Shown one piece after another: positions 48,570 to 58,307 of a stretch of 64,000 nucleotides of DNA. The translations under genes were made by a program, and so were the position numbers. A model generated the notes under the pieces. That model was not told the DNA's origin. It saw only the letters and a list, made by a program, of their open reading frames with translations, and did not search any database. Position 1 is the first letter of the stretch. Every line of letters begins with the position of its first letter. The stretch is from a virus (Duplodnaviria > Heunggongvirae > Uroviricota > Caudoviricetes). The stretch lies in IMG/VR virus record IMGVR_UViG_3300044618_002782, positions 64,001 to 128,000 of that record. One strand, given 5' to 3'.

Positions 48570-49334
48570 ATGGCAGACCAAACCCTAGATCCACTAAAAA
48601 AACAACTGATTGATTATGTACAACTACAGTTAGGCAGTCAAATTGTAGACGTTGAATTAGATCCTGCACACTACGAAGCAGCGTATCAGCGCACAATTGG
48701 TACTTACCGTCAGCGTAGTCAAAATGCCTACGAAGAAAGCTATAGTTTTATGCAGTTGTTGGACAATGTAAACGAATACACTTTGCCACAAGAAGTCACA
48801 CAAGTACGGCAAATTTTTCGACGCACAATTGGATTGAGCACCGGTGGCAGTGCCAGCAGCTTTGATCCATTTGGCGCAGCAACATTAAACGTGTATCTGC
48901 TGAACTTTAACCAGTCGGGCGGCAGCCTGGCTACTTACGACTTTTATCAACAATATGTGGAGCTTGCTGCCAGAATGTTCGGCGGATACATCAACTACAC
49001 ATTCAATCCTGTTACCAAAAAACTACAGCTGATTCGTGACCCTAAAGGCACTGGAGAAGTTGTCCTGCTGTGGACTTATAATCTGCGTCCAGAAATTGTA
49101 TTACTGAGCGACTTTCAGATCAGTCAATGGATTCGTGACTACATGGTGGGTGCTTGTAAGTACATCATTGGTGAAGCTAGAGAAAAATTTGGTACTATTG
49201 CTGGTCCACAAGGCGGCGGAACCTTAAACGGTGCTGCTATGAAGTCGGAAGGTCAAGCTATGATGGACAAATGCATAGAAGACCTCAAGTTGTATGTAGA
49301 CGGTTCGCAACCATTGACCTTGGTAATCGGCTAA
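48570..49334 (+). CDS. gp13: Neck protein
   Basis: [52 protein letters not shown]. Confidence 0.85.
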   Translation: MADQTLDPLKKQLIDYVQLQLGSQIVDVELDPAHYEAAYQRTIGTYRQRSQNAYEESYSFMQLLDNVNEYTLPQEVTQVRQIFRRTIGLSTGGSASSFDPFGAATLNVYLLNFNQSGGSLATYDFYQQYVELAARMFGGYINYTFNPVTKKLQLIRDPKGTGEVVLLWTYNLRPEIVLLSDFQISQWIRDYMVGACKYIIGEAREKFGTIAGPQGGGTLNGAAMKSEGQAMMDKCIEDLKLYVDGSQPLTLVIG

Positions 49335-49951
49335 TTGTTTTTGCGAGCAGCATCACGTGCTCGCTTTTTAGCGCCAATGATTGCTCGAGTTGCGGCTGTT
49401 TGGATTCTTCCTTCTTGATTACTAGTGGCACCTCTGCCAATTTGCCATCCGTTGTTTAAGAAATTATTAACTTCTGTTAAATTGACTCGCATTGAATCTG
49501 TACTATTATGGATCCATTTTTGATTTTTAGTGGTACCTTTTTTTGCATTAACTTGTGGCGAGTATGTTTTGCCTAAATTAATTTGCATTAGAGTTTTTTT
49601 AGTAGAGTTTGTGTGTTTAAATCCTGCATTTGATGCAATTCTTTTTGCAATAGTTTTAGGGCTTTGTTTGACTCCTGCTGCCCCATCGCCACCATCTGTT
49701 AAATTTCTAAGTATTCCTGTGCCTAAATCTTTTCGACCGTACCATCTTATTAGCCTACGTTCGATTGCTAATGCACCGATGTTAGTTAAGTTTGATTCTA
49801 CAATAACGATACGATGATAATCTGTTGGGACAATAACATTATGTTCTTTTTCCCACGCCCTGTATCGTTGTCCTTTACCGATATAATACGGTGTTAGATT
49901 ACCTTTGCGTAGATATACGTAAACATAGAAACCGGGCGGATAAGTAGACAG
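49331..49951 (-). mobile_element. Freestanding GIY-YIG homing endonuclease gene (probable CTG start)
   Basis: [26 protein letters not shown]; [28 protein letters not shown]; NUMOD-like tail with KWIHN. GAGGAG lies 7 nt before CTG 49951. Confidence 0.82.
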
Positions 49952-50029
49952 GCTGATGCTCCTCAAAAGCGTTAGAACGGGTGGATGTTGGTAGCATCGC
50001 GATCCGTGCTATTATTTATTCTGATTTCA

Positions 50030-50058
50030 TTGACAATTGCATAGTATTGTCTTATAAT
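50030..50058 (+). promoter_or_regulatory. Perfect-consensus sigma70 promoter giving a leaderless mRNA
   Basis: TTGACA-17 nt-TATAAT; ATG 50065 begins 7 nt after the -10 box. Confidence 0.85.
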
Positions 50059-50064
50059 AATGGT

Positions 50065-50589
50065 ATGAGCTCCCTTATGATCGATATCGAAACCATTGGA
50101 GTAGCACCTGCTGCTACTATTCTAACCATTGCTGCCCAATCTTTTGATCCATTGGGTTCCGGGTACTACAAACAACATTACTATGCTAGAATTGATTTAG
50201 ACAGCCAAGAAAATCGTACCATTGACGAAAGCACATTAAACTGGTGGGCTACTCAACCTGCAGTAGCCCGTGACGAAGCATTTGCTGAAGATAATCGAGT
50301 ACCTCTTGACCAAGCCTTAGATGAGTTAGGTAAGCTTATTTGGACTAGCAATTTTTTATGGTGTCAAGGCCCTACATTTGACTGCACTATTCTAGAACAT
50401 GCCTACAAGAGCTACAATAAACCTATACCTTGGCAATATTTCAAAGTTAGGGACAGCCGAACACTTTGTAGTGTATGGCCCAACCGCCCCAAACCACCCA
50501 CAACACACCATGCATTAGAAGATTGTCGCAAGCAGATTGATCTAGTGCAAGCAACACTTAGACATTTGAACGTTAAGGAATTATCATGA
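50065..50589 (+). CDS. DEDDh 3'-5' exonuclease (DexA/Rv2179c-like)
   Basis: LMIDIETIG (ExoI), WCQGPTFDCTILE (ExoII), RDSRT, HHALEDC (ExoIII). Confidence 0.85.
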   Translation: MSSLMIDIETIGVAPAATILTIAAQSFDPLGSGYYKQHYYARIDLDSQENRTIDESTLNWWATQPAVARDEAFAEDNRVPLDQALDELGKLIWTSNFLWCQGPTFDCTILEHAYKSYNKPIPWQYFKVRDSRTLCSVWPNRPKPPTTHHALEDCRKQIDLVQATLRHLNVKELS

Positions 50590-51224
50590 TTATTGGAATT
50601 TGCGGCCTGATTGGGTCCGGCAAAGACACTGTAGCTGACTACTTGGTAAACGTACACGGGTTTAGGCGTGAAAGCTTTGCAGGCACTTTAAAAGATGCTG
50701 TGGCTGCTGTGTTTGACTGGGATCGTACCTTGTTGGAAGGACGTACCAGAGCCTCCAGAGAGTGGCGCGAGCAACGCGATGAATGGTGGAGCCGCCGTTT
50801 AGGACAAGACATTACACCACGCTGGGTGCTGCAATACTGGGGCACAGAAGTCATGCGCCGCGGATTTCACGACGATATTTGGATTGCTAGCATTGAAAAC
50901 AAAATACGCAACAGCAGCGACAACGTGGTCTTAAGTGATTGCCGTTTCCCCAATGAAATTGCCAGTATTCGCAACGCTGGTGGGCGTATTGTGCGCACTT
51001 GTCGTGGACCAGATCCCGAATGGTTTCATGCTGCCGAAGTGGTAAATCGTGGTCCTACACTGAATTTGTCCTGGGCCAGTAATCGATCTGTACTAGACAC
51101 ATTCAAGGTGCATGCCAGCGAAACTGCCTGGGTAGGAACTGATTTTGACCATGTGCTTGACAATAATCATTCAATGGATGACTTGTATGCTCAAGTAGAT
51201 CGCATTGTCAAAAATCAGGAGTAA
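50586..51224 (+). CDS. Deoxynucleoside monophosphate kinase (T4 gene 1-like)
   Basis: IIGICGLIGSGKDT, FAGTLKDAVA, TPRWVLQYWGTE, VLSDCRFPNE, HASE. Confidence 0.9.
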   Translation: MIIGICGLIGSGKDTVADYLVNVHGFRRESFAGTLKDAVAAVFDWDRTLLEGRTRASREWREQRDEWWSRRLGQDITPRWVLQYWGTEVMRRGFHDDIWIASIENKIRNSSDNVVLSDCRFPNEIASIRNAGGRIVRTCRGPDPEWFHAAEVVNRGPTLNLSWASNRSVLDTFKVHASETAWVGTDFDHVLDNNHSMDDLYAQVDRIVKNQE

Positions 51225-51552
51225 TATCACCTGCACGCCAGGGTAGTTCCAATCTGACAATTTCAGCAATACAGTTCAAGCACACTGTTTTTAAGTTTCG
51301 TGTTTCGCAGTTATTTAGATCCCCGTCTACATGATACACAGTCAACTGAGTATGGTGTCTAGCCCGAAACCCACATCTATCACATGTGGGTTTTTTCTTG
51401 TAACCGGCTGTCAGCCATCTGGGTCTGGCTGGTTTGATCTTTTTGTCTTGCCTAATACACACGTTACAACGACTGCGATAGTACAGTTTTTCACGGTGAT
51501 AGCCATTTATAGCAGCGGGATTTTTGTTGCAAACCTTGCATAGCGGTCTCAT
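51208..51552 (-). CDS. Small zinc-binding HNH-like protein
   Basis: CKVC, CNVC, CDRCG, VYHVDGDLNN...NLKTVCLNC. Confidence 0.7.
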   Translation of the reverse strand: MRPLCKVCNKNPAAINGYHREKLYYRSRCNVCIRQDKKIKPARPRWLTAGYKKKPTCDRCGFRARHHTQLTVYHVDGDLNNCETRNLKTVCLNCIAEIVRLELPWRAGDITPDF

Positions 51553-51651
51553 ACGACTATTTATTGATTAGACCTTAATCAAGGTATACATAATCACCTG
51601 ATTTTTGGTCGATGCAATAAATATCATTAACCCATTTAAAAGGATAACATT

Positions 51652-54600
51652 ATGGCACTAGTATCCCCCGGCGTAGAAGTAACCATCATTGATGAGTCCA
51701 GCTATCTACCAGCAGGTACCAATTCGGTACCTTATATTTTGCTGGCAACAGCACAAGACAAAATTTCTGGTACAGGTGTCACTGTTGCTCCTGGCACCAC
51801 TGAAGCAAACGCTGACAAAGTGTATTTAATTACTAGTCAACGCGATCTTGCTGCAACATTTGGTAACCCTTTCTTTTACAAGACAACCAACGGTACACCA
51901 ATCAATGGATATGAACTCAATGAATACGGACTGCTTGCTGCACACAGTGTATTGGGTATCAGCAATCGTGCATATATCCAACGTGCAAACGTAGACTTGG
52001 CAGAATTAACAGCCACTTTGGTACGTCCCACAGGTGCACCTGACAATGGAACCACATGGCTAGACACAACACTTACGCTGTGGGGTATCAATCAGTGGAA
52101 TCAAACAACAGGTGAATTTACTGTAGCAACTCCGTTGGTTATTACTGATACCACACAACTAGAGTCCGGAATTCCTGCTGCCAGCTTCGGATCAATCGGG
52201 CAATATGCAGTTGTTGCAACCAACACTGCTAACCCTGTATACTACAAAAACACAGCCAACGACTGGGTACTGGTTGGATCCGACGACTGGAAACTGTCGT
52301 GGCCCACAGTGCAAGGTACAGAAAGTGTCACTGGCGCAGTATTGCCTGTTGGTGCTGTATTAATTATTAATGGGCAAACTGCAACTGTGCCTGGCGCAGC
52401 CACTTTGGCTGGACTAGTTACTGCCATTAACAACCTTAGCATTGACGGTGTCACAGCCGAAGCTGATTCCAGTAATCGCCTGATTCTTCTTGCTGATAGT
52501 TCGGCCGAAGCCGACGGTTCAACTGCCGACGGCGGTGCTGTCAACATTGAACTAGCAAGCACAGCTGGCCTGCTGACTGCTTTGGGAATCACAGCTGGCA
52601 CTTACTATGCACCAGCTCTACAACAAAGTCCTAACTATACTGTGCCACGTTGGAGAACAACTGATACATCGCCGCGTCCAACTGGTTCTGTGTGGAATAA
52701 AACCACTGACCCTAACTTGGGAGCTAAAATTGTTGTCAAAGAATACAGCACAGTGTTTGGTACTTTTACTACTAAAGCAGCTCCAATATACCAAACTGAT
52801 CGTGACGCAAATGCTGCGCTAGATCCTGCAGGAGGTGGCAAGAACATCTCAGCTGGTACATTGTACACTCAATATGATGTGAGTCCAGAAGTAGTACCAT
52901 CCGGCTACAACGACACATTTACGTTGAAGATTTTTGAACGACTGACTACTGGTCCCACAATTATCACTGGTAACACAGTTGATCCAGTGTTTATCAACGG
53001 TAACCAATTTACCATTCGGACCAGTCAAGCAAACAGTACAGTATATACACCATTTGTTACTGTCACTATAAACGGAACAACAGCAGCTGATTTTGTTGCT
53101 GCAGTTTCGGCTGCTGGCGTTCCCAACGTTAGTGCATCGGTATCGTCAACTGGTCAGATTGTGTTTACACAAAGTATAGGTGGCGTAATTTCTGTTGTGA
53201 ATACAACAGGAACACCTATAACTACAGCTGGTTTCACCACTGCTGTAACAGGAGTGCGCGATGGTACAACAACAGGAACACTGTTGTTGTCAAACTGGGT
53301 GCCGTTAGAATATACAGCCAGTGCCACTGCACCTGATCAAGATCCTGACAACGGTCGTTACTGGTATTACTCTGCTACAAACCAAGTTGACATCATGATC
53401 AACACAGGTTCAGCCTGGGTAGGTTACCAGAATGTATCAAACGATGCACGTGGCTTTAATTTAACACTGACCAATCCAACAGGTCCTATTATCAGTGCAA
53501 CAGAACCCTTGTTGCAGACAGACGGGACACCGTTGGTATACGGTGACTTGTGGATTAACACCAGCAATCTTGAGATTTATCCGGTTATCAACCGTTGGCA
53601 AATTGTGGAAGGTGTGGATCAGTGGGTTGTGGTAGACAACACTGATCAAACAACTTCCAATGGTATCTTGTTTGAAGATGCACGCTGGGCACCCAATGGT
53701 ACTACAGATCCAATTGTTGCTGCAATACCATCAATTACTAGTTTGCTGACCAGTAATTATCTTGACATTGATGCTCCTTCTGCAACAATTTATGCAGCAG
53801 GCACACTGTTGTTTAACACACGTCGCAGCGGATTTAATGTCAAAGAATTCCGCACAAATTACTTCAACGCTTTGAGCTTTGATGTTGATCCGTACAATAA
53901 CACAGTTGAGTATGTTGTGGGCAACAAGGTACTTTACAACGGTTCTATATACGTAGCGATATTGGGTGGACAAGGCAATCTTCCATCCAATGTCACTTAC
54001 TGGTCGCCGTTGGAAACCAATGCATGGGTAACTGCCAGCGGTAACCGTGCAGACGGTTCGCCTAACATGGGTCGTTTGGCAGTTCGTGCAATTATAGTAG
54101 CTGCACTTAAATCTGCTATTGACAGCCAGGAAACCTTGCGCGAAGAGCAAAATGTGTTCAACTTGATTGCTTGCCCGCAGTATCCAGAACTGATCCCCAA
54201 CATGATCGCACTCAACAACGAGCGCAGTAACACTGCATTTATTGTAGGTGACACTCCATTGCGCCTTGGACCTGATGGAAATTCCTTAGTGGCATGGGCC
54301 AACAACAACGGCGGTCTTGGTGTATTTGCTGGCGACAGCATACCTCTAGGTGACCCATATGTTGGTGTGTTCTATCCCAGCTGTCAGACAACTGACTTGT
54401 CTGGAAGCGTAGTAGTTCAGCCTCCAAGTCACATGATGTTGCGTACAATTGTTCGCAGCGACGAAATTGCGTATCCGTGGTTAGCTCCAGCAGGTACACG
54501 TCGTGGTCTAATTGACAATGCTGCGCAGATTGGTTATGTCAACGCACAAACAGGTGAATTTGTATCTATCGCCACAGGCCAGGGTGTACGTGATGTGTTG

Positions 54601-55035
54601 TACGAAAATCGTATCAATCCAATCACATTCATTCCTGGCACAGGTATTACCAACTACGGTAACAAGACTGTGGCTGCCAGCCCAAGTGCGCTGGATCGCA
54701 TCAACGTGGCACGTTTGGTAGCATTTATTCGCGCACGTTTGAACCAAATTGGCAAGAGCTTTGTGTTCGAGCCAAACGATCAGATCACACGCAACGAACT
54801 CACCAATGCTATTACCGGCTTGATGACAGACTTGGTGGCCAAACGCGGTATCTATGACTACCTGGTTGTTTGCGACTTGAGCAACAACACACCTGCACGT
54901 ATTGATCGCAATGAGCTGTATGTTGATATTGCGATTGAGCCTGTTAAGGCGGTTGAATTTATCTACATTCCGGTTCGTCTCAAGAACACTGGCGAAATTG
55001 CTGCAGGGAATGTATCAAGTTCTGCTTCTGTTTAA
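51652..55035 (+). CDS. gp18: Tail sheath protein (enlarged, 1127 aa)
   Basis: MALVSPGVEVTIIDES, YPWLAPAGTRRG, LYENRINPI, SALDRINVARL, VFEPND, GIYDYLVVCD, IEPVKAVEFIYIP. Confidence 0.95.
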   Translation: MALVSPGVEVTIIDESSYLPAGTNSVPYILLATAQDKISGTGVTVAPGTTEANADKVYLITSQRDLAATFGNPFFYKTTNGTPINGYELNEYGLLAAHSVLGISNRAYIQRANVDLAELTATLVRPTGAPDNGTTWLDTTLTLWGINQWNQTTGEFTVATPLVITDTTQLESGIPAASFGSIGQYAVVATNTANPVYYKNTANDWVLVGSDDWKLSWPTVQGTESVTGAVLPVGAVLIINGQTATVPGAATLAGLVTAINNLSIDGVTAEADSSNRLILLADSSAEADGSTADGGAVNIELASTAGLLTALGITAGTYYAPALQQSPNYTVPRWRTTDTSPRPTGSVWNKTTDPNLGAKIVVKEYSTVFGTFTTKAAPIYQTDRDANAALDPAGGGKNISAGTLYTQYDVSPEVVPSGYNDTFTLKIFERLTTGPTIITGNTVDPVFINGNQFTIRTSQANSTVYTPFVTVTINGTTAADFVAAVSAAGVPNVSASVSSTGQIVFTQSIGGVISVVNTTGTPITTAGFTTAVTGVRDGTTTGTLLLSNWVPLEYTASATAPDQDPDNGRYWYYSATNQVDIMINTGSAWVGYQNVSNDARGFNLTLTNPTGPIISATEPLLQTDGTPLVYGDLWINTSNLEIYPVINRWQIVEGVDQWVVVDNTDQTTSNGILFEDARWAPNGTTDPIVAAIPSITSLLTSNYLDIDAPSATIYAAGTLLFNTRRSGFNVKEFRTNYFNALSFDVDPYNNTVEYVVGNKVLYNGSIYVAILGGQGNLPSNVTYWSPLETNAWVTASGNRADGSPNMGRLAVRAIIVAALKSAIDSQETLREEQNVFNLIACPQYPELIPNMIALNNERSNTAFIVGDTPLRLGPDGNSLVAWANNNGGLGVFAGDSIPLGDPYVGVFYPSCQTTDLSGSVVVQPPSHMMLRTIVRSDEIAYPWLAPAGTRRGLIDNAAQIGYVNAQTGEFVSIATGQGVRDVLYENRINPITFIPGTGITNYGNKTVAASPSALDRINVARLVAFIRARLNQIGKSFVFEPNDQITRNELTNAITGLMTDLVAKRGIYDYLVVCDLSNNTPARIDRNELYVDIAIEPVKAVEFIYIPVRLKNTGEIAAGNVSSSASV

Positions 55036-55049
55036 TGTAGTAGCAACAC

Positions 55050-55079
55050 AAAAATGGGGCTTTATGCCCCATTTTTTTT
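55050..55079 (+). terminator. Rho-independent terminator after gp18
   Basis: aaaaatggggc-tttat-gccccattttt followed by a T tract; TAAATA follows at 55094-55099. Confidence 0.85.
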
Positions 55080-55121
55080 GATCATCAAGATCATAAATAA
55101 TTGCATATAGGAGATATACTC

Positions 55122-55766
55122 ATGTCCGTTTCATCACTCTCAAGAATGACGGTGCCGTTGGCAAGCGATCAATCCAGCCCAACCCAAGGCCTGCTCATGC
55201 CCAAGCTCAAGTATCGCTTTCGAGTGACACTTGAAAACTTTGGCGTAAGTACACCCAGAACAGAATTAACCAAACAAGTTATGGACTTCACAAGACCGTC
55301 GGTTTCGTTTGAAGACATCACAATCGATCTGTACAATTCCAAATTGAAATTGGCAGGCAAGAGCTCGTGGGAAGACACTACTCTCAACCTGCGTGATGAT
55401 GCCAGCGGACAAGTTCAGCGCCTAGTTGGCGAACAATTGCAAAAGCAAATGGACTTTTATGAACAGGCCTCAGCACGCTCTGGCGGTGACTACAAGTTCC
55501 TGACACGTTGCGAAATTCTCGACGGCGGCAATGGAAACTTGGTTCCCACTGTGTTAGAAACTTGGGAATTGTATGGGTGCTTCTTGCAAGCAGCTAACTA
55601 CGGCGACTTAAACTATGCCACCAGCGAGCCAGTTACTATTGCACTGACCATTAGATTTGACAATGCATTACAGACTCCGCTTGGTACTGGGGTGGGTATA
55701 TTTATTACTCGTGGTACTAACGGCACGGTAACATCGACTGGTGCTGGAATACCCGGCGACGAATAA
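55122..55766 (+). CDS. gp19: Tail tube protein
   Basis: LLMPKLKYRFRV, ILDGGNG..VLETWELYGCF...YGDLNYATSEPVTIALTIRFDNA; AGGAG SD; follows the sheath gene. Confidence 0.88.
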   Translation: MSVSSLSRMTVPLASDQSSPTQGLLMPKLKYRFRVTLENFGVSTPRTELTKQVMDFTRPSVSFEDITIDLYNSKLKLAGKSSWEDTTLNLRDDASGQVQRLVGEQLQKQMDFYEQASARSGGDYKFLTRCEILDGGNGNLVPTVLETWELYGCFLQAANYGDLNYATSEPVTIALTIRFDNALQTPLGTGVGIFITRGTNGTVTSTGAGIPGDE

Positions 55767-55775
55767 GGCTAACCT

Positions 55776-56669
55776 GTGTCATCATTCGGCCAGCAGTATA
55801 TCACCAATACTTACGGTACAGAAACTCTTAGGGACTATGCACATGCTCCTAAGTTTTTCCGTGCCAATAGTCTTGAGTATGTACCGCGGGTCAAGTTTCT
55901 ATTTCATGTTTACTTTAATCTCAACACAGATCCACAAACTGGTATTCCAGCCTTACGTAATGTATTCAGTGAGGATCAAGCTACAATTGGCCTATTGGTC
56001 AAAACTATTCAGTTACCGCAATTTACCATCGCGACAGAAGTACTGAATCAATACAATCGCAAACGAGTAATACAGAAAAAGATAGAATACAATCCTGTGC
56101 AAGTAGAAATGCACGACGACGGCGGCGATCTGATACGTACACTTTGGTATAATTATTTTTCATACTATTACAAAGACCCAAACCAACCTTACAATAATGT
56201 TTCATCTACTAACGGAGCTGCTGGAGTTGACTCATCGCAGGCCGCGGGTTTCAGTTACAACAATCGTGATATCTATGTCAATGACCGAACAGTAAACGAC
56301 TGGGGTTACATTGGCGAAAGTTTCAACGACGGAACCAATGCCGAAAACGGCAAACCAGCCTTTTTCAGAGACATCACAATTTACGGTTTCGACCAGCACA
56401 AGTGGGTGTCGTATGTGCTGGTCAATCCGTTGATCAGCACCTGGAATCACGACACGTACAATTACAGCGAAGATGGCGGCATCATGCAAAATAGCATGAC
56501 TATACAGTACGAAACAGTAAAATACTACTCGGGTACGATCGGAGCAGAACGTCCAGATACTAATGTGGTTGGATTTGCAGATCCCAATGCATATGATCAG
56601 ATTCTCAGCCCTTTGTCAACGCGAGATCAGACATCATTCGTCAACGGACAAGGAGGTAATATACCATGA
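55776..56669 (+). CDS. Tube-fold protein (gp19-like / tube initiator)
   Basis: PRVKFLFHVYF, LVKTIQLP, NQYNRKRVIQKKIEYNPV..MHDD, LVNPLISTWNHDTYNY, MTIQYETVKY. Confidence 0.65.
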   Translation: MSSFGQQYITNTYGTETLRDYAHAPKFFRANSLEYVPRVKFLFHVYFNLNTDPQTGIPALRNVFSEDQATIGLLVKTIQLPQFTIATEVLNQYNRKRVIQKKIEYNPVQVEMHDDGGDLIRTLWYNYFSYYYKDPNQPYNNVSSTNGAAGVDSSQAAGFSYNNRDIYVNDRTVNDWGYIGESFNDGTNAENGKPAFFRDITIYGFDQHKWVSYVLVNPLISTWNHDTYNYSEDGGIMQNSMTIQYETVKYYSGTIGAERPDTNVVGFADPNAYDQILSPLSTRDQTSFVNGQGGNIP

Positions 56670-56974
56670 GTAGGGGTAGTATTTCAGATCTTCAAGCAAC
56701 TGCAACTGCATCGGTACTGGGTAACGTCAAGCGAGCCGACATCAACTACAACTTGAGAATGGCCCCACCTGTGCCCACCAATACTAATCCACGGGCTACT
56801 GCAGGTCGCGTTAATAATTTACGAAATGGTCTTCCAGGCGAGAATAGAGCACAGCCCAATCAAACAGGAATTAGCGCACCGTTGATACCAACGCCACCGT
56901 TACGCAGACAATTTAATTCCACAACTGGCGTAATGGGCGGCGGTGCAGGATCTGACCTACCGATCGCACCATAA
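56666..56974 (+). CDS. Hypothetical low-complexity protein
   Basis: 102 aa with an AGGAGG SD; overlaps the upstream stop (ATGA). Confidence 0.45.
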   Translation: MSRGSISDLQATATASVLGNVKRADINYNLRMAPPVPTNTNPRATAGRVNNLRNGLPGENRAQPNQTGISAPLIPTPPLRRQFNSTTGVMGGGAGSDLPIAP

Positions 56975-56986
56975 GGACATTTTTAT

Positions 56987-57346
56987 ATGAGTACTGTAAA
57001 TGCTATAAATCCCAATGTCGATTTATCTGCTAGAGTATTTGACACATTTGATGCGCCGCAGATACAACTAGATGCCAACGAGTACGACATAGTCAGTAGT
57101 TTTTTTGAATCAATATTCACTGACCAAACTGCAGCTAGAAATCTAACACTGACATTTTTTACCATTGCAGAACAAACCAAGACACCTGTATTGACCTTGC
57201 TGGATCAAGTTGTAGACCAGGACGCCATACAGCTCACAGCCACCATGGCCTATTATCTCAATGGTCTTCGTAGCCCTAGTACATTGCTGGGCGTCAACAG
57301 CTCAGTGACGCCAAACTTCTATACCGCGCGAAACATAGCAGCATGA
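56987..57346 (+). CDS. Hypothetical tail-associated protein
   Basis: 119 aa helical ORF in the tail operon ending YYLNGLR..STLLGV...RNI. Confidence 0.5.
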   Translation: MSTVNAINPNVDLSARVFDTFDAPQIQLDANEYDIVSSFFESIFTDQTAARNLTLTFFTIAEQTKTPVLTLLDQVVDQDAIQLTATMAYYLNGLRSPSTLLGVNSSVTPNFYTARNIAA

Positions 57347-57774
57347 GTAAATTTGCTCAAGGTACCTACCAGCCAGTCAACAAACAAAAATACGCAGGAA
57401 CACGGGATCCAAGATATAGATCCAGTTGGGAATTGGCGTTTATGAACTTTTGCGACCACAACGATCATATACTGCAATGGGCAAGCGAATCAATTTCTAT
57501 TCCTTATCGACATCCGCTCACAGGAAAAATGACCATGTATGTGCCTGATTTTCTAATCACCTACATGAACAAGTCAGGACAGCAGATTGCAGAATTGATA
57601 GAAATTAAACCACGCAAACAAAGTGTGATCGAAGGCAAGATGACCGAAAAAGATCGTATGATTGTGGCAGTGAACTATGCCAAATGGGATTCTGCACAGA
57701 AGTGGGCTCGCCGTAACGGGCTAACATTCAGAGTAATCAACGAAGACAACATCTTTCACAACGGCAGAAGATAG
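57343..57774 (+). CDS. gp4: Head completion protein (TnsA-like PD-(D/E)xK nuclease)
   Basis: YRSSWELAFM..CD.N..I.QWASE...IPY...YVPDF...LIEIKP...VNYAKW. Confidence 0.85.
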   Translation: MSKFAQGTYQPVNKQKYAGTRDPRYRSSWELAFMNFCDHNDHILQWASESISIPYRHPLTGKMTMYVPDFLITYMNKSGQQIAELIEIKPRKQSVIEGKMTEKDRMIVAVNYAKWDSAQKWARRNGLTFRVINEDNIFHNGRR

Positions 57775-57788
57775 TCGGTAAATACGGT

Positions 57789-58277
57789 ATGACCCGTAAA
57801 CTCGAATCCTTGTTTGATCTCCCTTCCTCTGTGTCGGATGAGCTCACTGACCCAACTACCCAAGAACAAACCAGTCTAGAAAATTTACCTGACACCTTGG
57901 CTGCACTCGACAAAATCGAAGCAGCTCTTCCGGCAGTAAAGGGACTGGAATCATCTGATTCTGAAATGGACGAGCTGGCCGGAATGGCAGTGAAAGAATT
58001 TCACAACTTGCTGGACCTAGGCATGAATGTAGATAGCCGGTATGCTAGTGAAATTTTTGGAGTAGCTAGCCAAATGTTAGGGCATGCAATCACAGCCAAA
58101 ACTGCCAAGGTAAACAAAAAACTACGCATGATCGATCTGCAGTTAAAGAAAGCCAAGTTAGATCAAGACACCAACAAAGACGATGCATTGCCGGTTGGGC
58201 AAGGTACAGTGCTGGATCGCAACGAATTGTTGGCCAGTTTGCTAAAGCGCAATGAATCAGATACACCAAAAAAGTAA
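57789..58277 (+). CDS. Probable terminase small subunit (gp16-like)
   Basis: Helical D..F..L...GMN.....A.EIF.VA.QML..A..AK core and C-terminal GTVLDRNELL; follows the head-completion gene. Confidence 0.55.
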   Translation: MTRKLESLFDLPSSVSDELTDPTTQEQTSLENLPDTLAALDKIEAALPAVKGLESSDSEMDELAGMAVKEFHNLLDLGMNVDSRYASEIFGVASQMLGHAITAKTAKVNKKLRMIDLQLKKAKLDQDTNKDDALPVGQGTVLDRNELLASLLKRNESDTPKK

Positions 58278-58307
58278 TTGTGCTAAATATATCCATAGGA
58301 CTATGAC

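Noticed and set aside
56660-56974. Possible frameshift splitting the tube-fold gene from the next 102 aa ORF
   Set aside because: The second ORF has its own AGGAGG SD and ATGA coupling, and no slippery heptamer was seen.
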